From the NCBI GenBank assembly GCA_964013405.1, contig CAXGWI010000135.1, forward strand, positions 1-10,038: 10,038 bases of DNA, given 5' to 3'. This stretch comes from an uncultured Myxococcales bacterium (GTDB taxonomy: Bacteria; Myxococcota; UBA4151). Within the stretch, counting starts at the first letter, position 1. Each line of letters starts with the position of its first letter. The notes under the pieces are model-generated. The model was not told where the DNA came from and searched no databases. It saw nothing but the letters and a program-made list of their open reading frames with translations. The position numbers were made by a program, and so were the translations under genes. This document shows positions 7,057-10,038 of the stretch, in pieces.

Positions 7057-10038
7057 TCAGTTATCGAGAGGTACTGCCCGGGGTTCAGAAACCCTGTCAT
7101 CCCGGTTCCCGCCAAAGTAATGGCCGTTTTCACCCCAGCAAAGCCAGTCCCCAGCGACTCCTTGAGCGCAGACGTGCGAAGAACCCGCACGGAGGTTTCT
7201 GAGGGCTCGACCCGGCACGCCCGGTTGGCCAATAACGAGGTCCTGATCGCCGGCCACCGGGTTCGGATTCATCACCCCCAGCTGGGGTTGGTCGTCCATC
7301 CCTCCCGGCCCACCCGGGCCCTCCGGGGCAGCCCTGAAGCAGAAGGCGGCGCCGGTTTCGGTTCCGACGCATGTCACCTCCTGGGACAGGGCGAGACTGG
7401 TGATGCGCCCCTCGATTGCGTTCGCCAGGTTCTGGTCGATCTCCAGGGGGCGGCTCCCTCTGATCTCATCACGGTGCCCCAGCACGCCCTTCGCGATGTC
7501 ACCTTCTGTTCCCCAACAAAAGAGCCGGCTATCGTGGGTCACCGCGCAGCCGCCCGTCGGCCGCAGTGCGATGCTGGCAAAGGTCAAACCGGCCTCACTA
7601 AAGTCAACCCTTCTGGGCTCATAAACCTGATTGGGAACCGGCGGGCTTATACCTAACTCTCCCCCCACCATTTCGTGTCCCCAGCACCAGACTTCGCCGG
7701 AGCGACTTAGGGCGCAGGTCATGTTCTCGGCCGCTTCAAGTTGAACCCAGTGCAGGTTTCTTGGGAGCCTATCTATGATTTTCCAGTCACACGAGAGGTC
7801 GTCATCCGGCCCCTCTTGACCGAACGGCCTGGCGTATCGACTCATACACTCCACTTGTTGTTGGTTCCGCTCGTTCATTCGAACAAAACAGCTGTGGGTG
7901 CTGCCCAAGGCCGCGAGTTGAATCCGTGTAAGCGGTTCGCTTGTAGGTCCCGTCCCACCGCCATAGACCAGTTTGGGTTCGGTATGGCAGCGTTCTAACC
8001 CAGGCACGTCCTCGCAGGCGTTCACCTCCGGCTGACTGCCTCCACACTGGCGCCCAAGTTGGCCTGCGGTGTTGTTTCCCCAAGCGTAGGCCCGGCCTCT
8101 CGTCGTGAGCATCACAACGTGCTGCGCCTCGATCCCACCGACGATCCGAAGCACATGCTCGCCATCTTGGAAGTTAGAGGGCCACATAAAATCTGATACC
8201 GTCATGGGGGTGCGATTCCCGGGTACATGCCCACCGGAGAACTGGCCCCGGTCATTCTCTCCGAAGATGACGAAGCTCGGCTCCCCTCCAGGATCACCGC
8301 GGTCCAAGTGGTAGGTGTTCTGGTAGGCCGCGGCGAGTTGGGCCCGATTCCATTCGACTTGGCAGCGGTTTGAACAGCCATCGCCGTTGTCCCGGTTGCC
8401 ATCGTCACAGGTCTCCTCACCGGTCACCAAACTGTTGCCACAGCCTGGTAGCAGGGAGAGGGGGCGGGCTGGTCGTTGGGCCGGGCTTGATGACTCAACG
8501 TCATCGGCATCGTCGCCGCTGGTTTCAAAGTCGGGGGGAGGGTACAGCACTGCGAGGCGGGATCCGTCATCGACCTCAGTCCCTGAAATCTGCAGGGAGC
8601 TGGCGCCCCGAAGGGCGGGGTGGCTGGTATCCCCGTCCTCGCCGCGCCCCCAGTCGTACAAGTCCATGACGAGACCGTAAGTCGGGTTGCTTTGGAGGTT
8701 GTTGTTTGTCAACGCAAGCCTGCCGGCGGTCGTGGCGCTGATCCCTACCGCCGACGCTGGAGCCAATGCGTCAGCGCCACCGGCCTCCAGTCGAGACCTG
8801 GAAAAGGTGTTCCCTTCCAGGGCCACTTGAGCACCGATATCTTCAAGGGCGAGCCCGGCAAAGAAGGCCCCTTCGACGGTGTTGCCACTGAGCACGAGGC
8901 GGTCAGCCTCGCCGAGAAAGCCGCTGGCCCAAATACCCTCTCCACCGGAATCGGTGATGCTGTTGTTGCTCACCGTGGTGTTCTTACCGCCAGTGAGCCT
9001 TATGCCGGTTTCACCAATCCCCGACATGCGATTGCCCGAAATCGAGAGAGTGTCCCCGTGGAAGCCTTCAACGGAAATGCCATCGAACCCGATGGGGCCC
9101 AGGAAGGTGTTGTCCTGTACGGTCCAACTGCCCAAGGCTTGGCTGGCAAAGATCCCCGAGCCATCGATGGCGTTGAACGTATTACCGGCAATGCGGAAGC
9201 CGGAGCCGCCGAAGTCGATGATGCTGACGCCGTCCAGCCCGATGGGTCCGAGGAAGGTGTTATCTTGAACTGTCCAACTGCCCAGGGCACCCTGAATGTC
9301 CACGGCCGTGCCGGCGATCTCCGAGAAGGTGTTCCCCTCGCTGAGGCGAAAACCAGAGCCGCCAAAGTCGATCAAACTGATGCCGTCTAGCCCGATGGGT
9401 CCGAGAAAGGTGTTGTCCTGAACCGTCCAACTACCGAGAGCCCGTTGTCCGATCAGGGCATGGCCCCCGATAGCATCGAAATGGAGCCGTTTTAGCGTCA
9501 CATCACCAGCGCCGCTGATCCGGAGTCCGTGGGTGGACCCGTCACTCATCAACTGCAGGTCCTGGGCTTCCAGACTGGCGTCCCCTGAGACCTCGACAAG
9601 GGCCTGGTTTGGGGCATCGCCGCTCAAACCCAGCCAGGCGAGGCGCAGGTGCCCCCCTGTTTGTTGAAACACGGGCCCGTCTTGGCTCTGGAGCGTGACG
9701 GTGTTTCGGCAACTGCCGATGAGGGTCACCGAGCGGCTGTTTTCGCCAAGGGAAACAGGCAGGGTTACCGGCTCTTCAGCCGCCAGCAGAACGATGAGTG
9801 GCACCTCGCCTTCGGGCAAGGGGAGGAGGCTGCCCCGGGGATCATCGGCTGCGCCCCCGCTCCCGTCGGCCCCCGGGCGAAGGAAGAGGCGCTCGGCCCC
9901 GTCGCCTTGGGCCCAGGGGTGATCGCTACGAAAATCCGCTGGGTTACAGGCTGCTGGCGCTCCGGCGTCGGGCGCCGGAATCGCCGCATCTTGTTGGGGG
10001 GCGAGGCCCCCATCGGCGGCCGACACATCCAGGGCGCC
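7057..10038 (-). CDS. Paralog A (at least 993 aa, 5' end beyond the right edge): same beta-helix + Cys-rich repeat + RCC1-like architecture
   Basis: The frame stays open past the track's GTG at 10026 (GALDVSAADGG...), and 'ALD' aligns with 'CRFALD' just after paralog B's lipobox, so the real start is outside the window. It shares 'FRxDHPxAQ', 'TLIGSC', 'TLQSQD', 'LRLAWL', the GSWTVQDN repeats and 'DLYDWGR' with B. Cys-rich repeat CGNSLVTGEETCDDGNRDNGDGCSNRCQVE (8353-8442). RCC1 blades 'AYAWGNNTAGQLG', 'TCALSRSGEVWCWG', 'AGSSHVCAQGVAGDWLCWGEN'. Confidence 0.85.
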   Translation of the reverse strand, partial: GALDVSAADGGLAPQQDAAIPAPDAGAPAACNPADFRSDHPWAQGDGAERLFLRPGADGSGGAADDPRGSLLPLPEGEVPLIVLLAAEEPVTLPVSLGENSRSVTLIGSCRNTVTLQSQDGPVFQQTGGHLRLAWLGLSGDAPNQALVEVSGDASLEAQDLQLMSDGSTHGLRISGAGDVTLKRLHFDAIGGHALIGQRALGSWTVQDNTFLGPIGLDGISLIDFGGSGFRLSEGNTFSEIAGTAVDIQGALGSWTVQDNTFLGPIGLDGVSIIDFGGSGFRIAGNTFNAIDGSGIFASQALGSWTVQDNTFLGPIGFDGISVEGFHGDTLSISGNRMSGIGETGIRLTGGKNTTVSNNSITDSGGEGIWASGFLGEADRLVLSGNTVEGAFFAGLALEDIGAQVALEGNTFSRSRLEAGGADALAPASAVGISATTAGRLALTNNNLQSNPTYGLVMDLYDWGRGEDGDTSHPALRGASSLQISGTEVDDGSRLAVLYPPPDFETSGDDADDVESSSPAQRPARPLSLLPGCGNSLVTGEETCDDGNRDNGDGCSNRCQVEWNRAQLAAAYQNTYHLDRGDPGGEPSFVIFGENDRGQFSGGHVPGNRTPMTVSDFMWPSNFQDGEHVLRIVGGIEAQHVVMLTTRGRAYAWGNNTAGQLGRQCGGSQPEVNACEDVPGLERCHTEPKLVYGGGTGPTSEPLTRIQLAALGSTHSCFVRMNERNQQQVECMSRYARPFGQEGPDDDLSCDWKIIDRLPRNLHWVQLEAAENMTCALSRSGEVWCWGHEMVGGELGISPPVPNQVYEPRRVDFSEAGLTFASIALRPTGGCAVTHDSRLFCWGTEGDIAKGVLGHRDEIRGSRPLEIDQNLANAIEGRITSLALSQEVTCVGTETGAAFCFRAAPEGPGGPGGMDDQPQLGVMNPNPVAGDQDLVIGQPGVPGRALRNLRAGSSHVCAQGVAGDWLCWGENGHYFGGNRDDRVSEPRAVPLDN
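9049..9441 (-). repeat. In-frame tandem repeat in paralog A: three GSWTVQDNTFLGPIGxDG units, spacing 153, 150 bp in coding direction
   Basis: Anchor 'gtccaact' at 9122, 9272 and 9425. The unit order matches paralog B but with one fewer 153-bp unit. Confidence 0.95.

Noticed and set aside
5680..9441. Recurring 'gtccaact' and 'ccgaagtcgatgatgctga' blocks as a CRISPR array or shufflon sites
   Set aside because: The period is 150-153 bp with homologous rather than unique spacers, the repeats encode protein, and no cas or recombinase genes or inverted cassettes are present.

Overview
GC-rich bacterial window, probably Myxococcota or a related deltaproteobacterial lineage (inferred from DAG-rich lipoprotein linkers and Myxococcus-type cysteine-rich repeats). 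It holds five supportable genes. On the left, minus strand, an MlaC/Ttg2D(HpnM)-like periplasmic protein is translationally coupled to an MMPL/RND transporter that runs off the left edge and is missing from the ORF track. Divergent from these is a cytoplasmic VWA/MIDAS protein. The right two-thirds carry two tandem paralogous ~1000-aa minus-strand genes for putative surface lipoproteins. Their architecture is lipoprotein signal (visible in one), DAG linker, right-handed beta-helix with a strongly conserved 50-51-aa repeat, one Myxococcus Cys-rich repeat, and a divergent C-terminal RCC1/BLIP-II-like propeller. This conserved-stalk/variable-head pair, with a recent 153-bp in-frame expansion in one copy, is the most interesting element. 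No RNA genes, CRISPR arrays or mobile elements were seen. All assignments come from reading motifs by eye; no searches were run.
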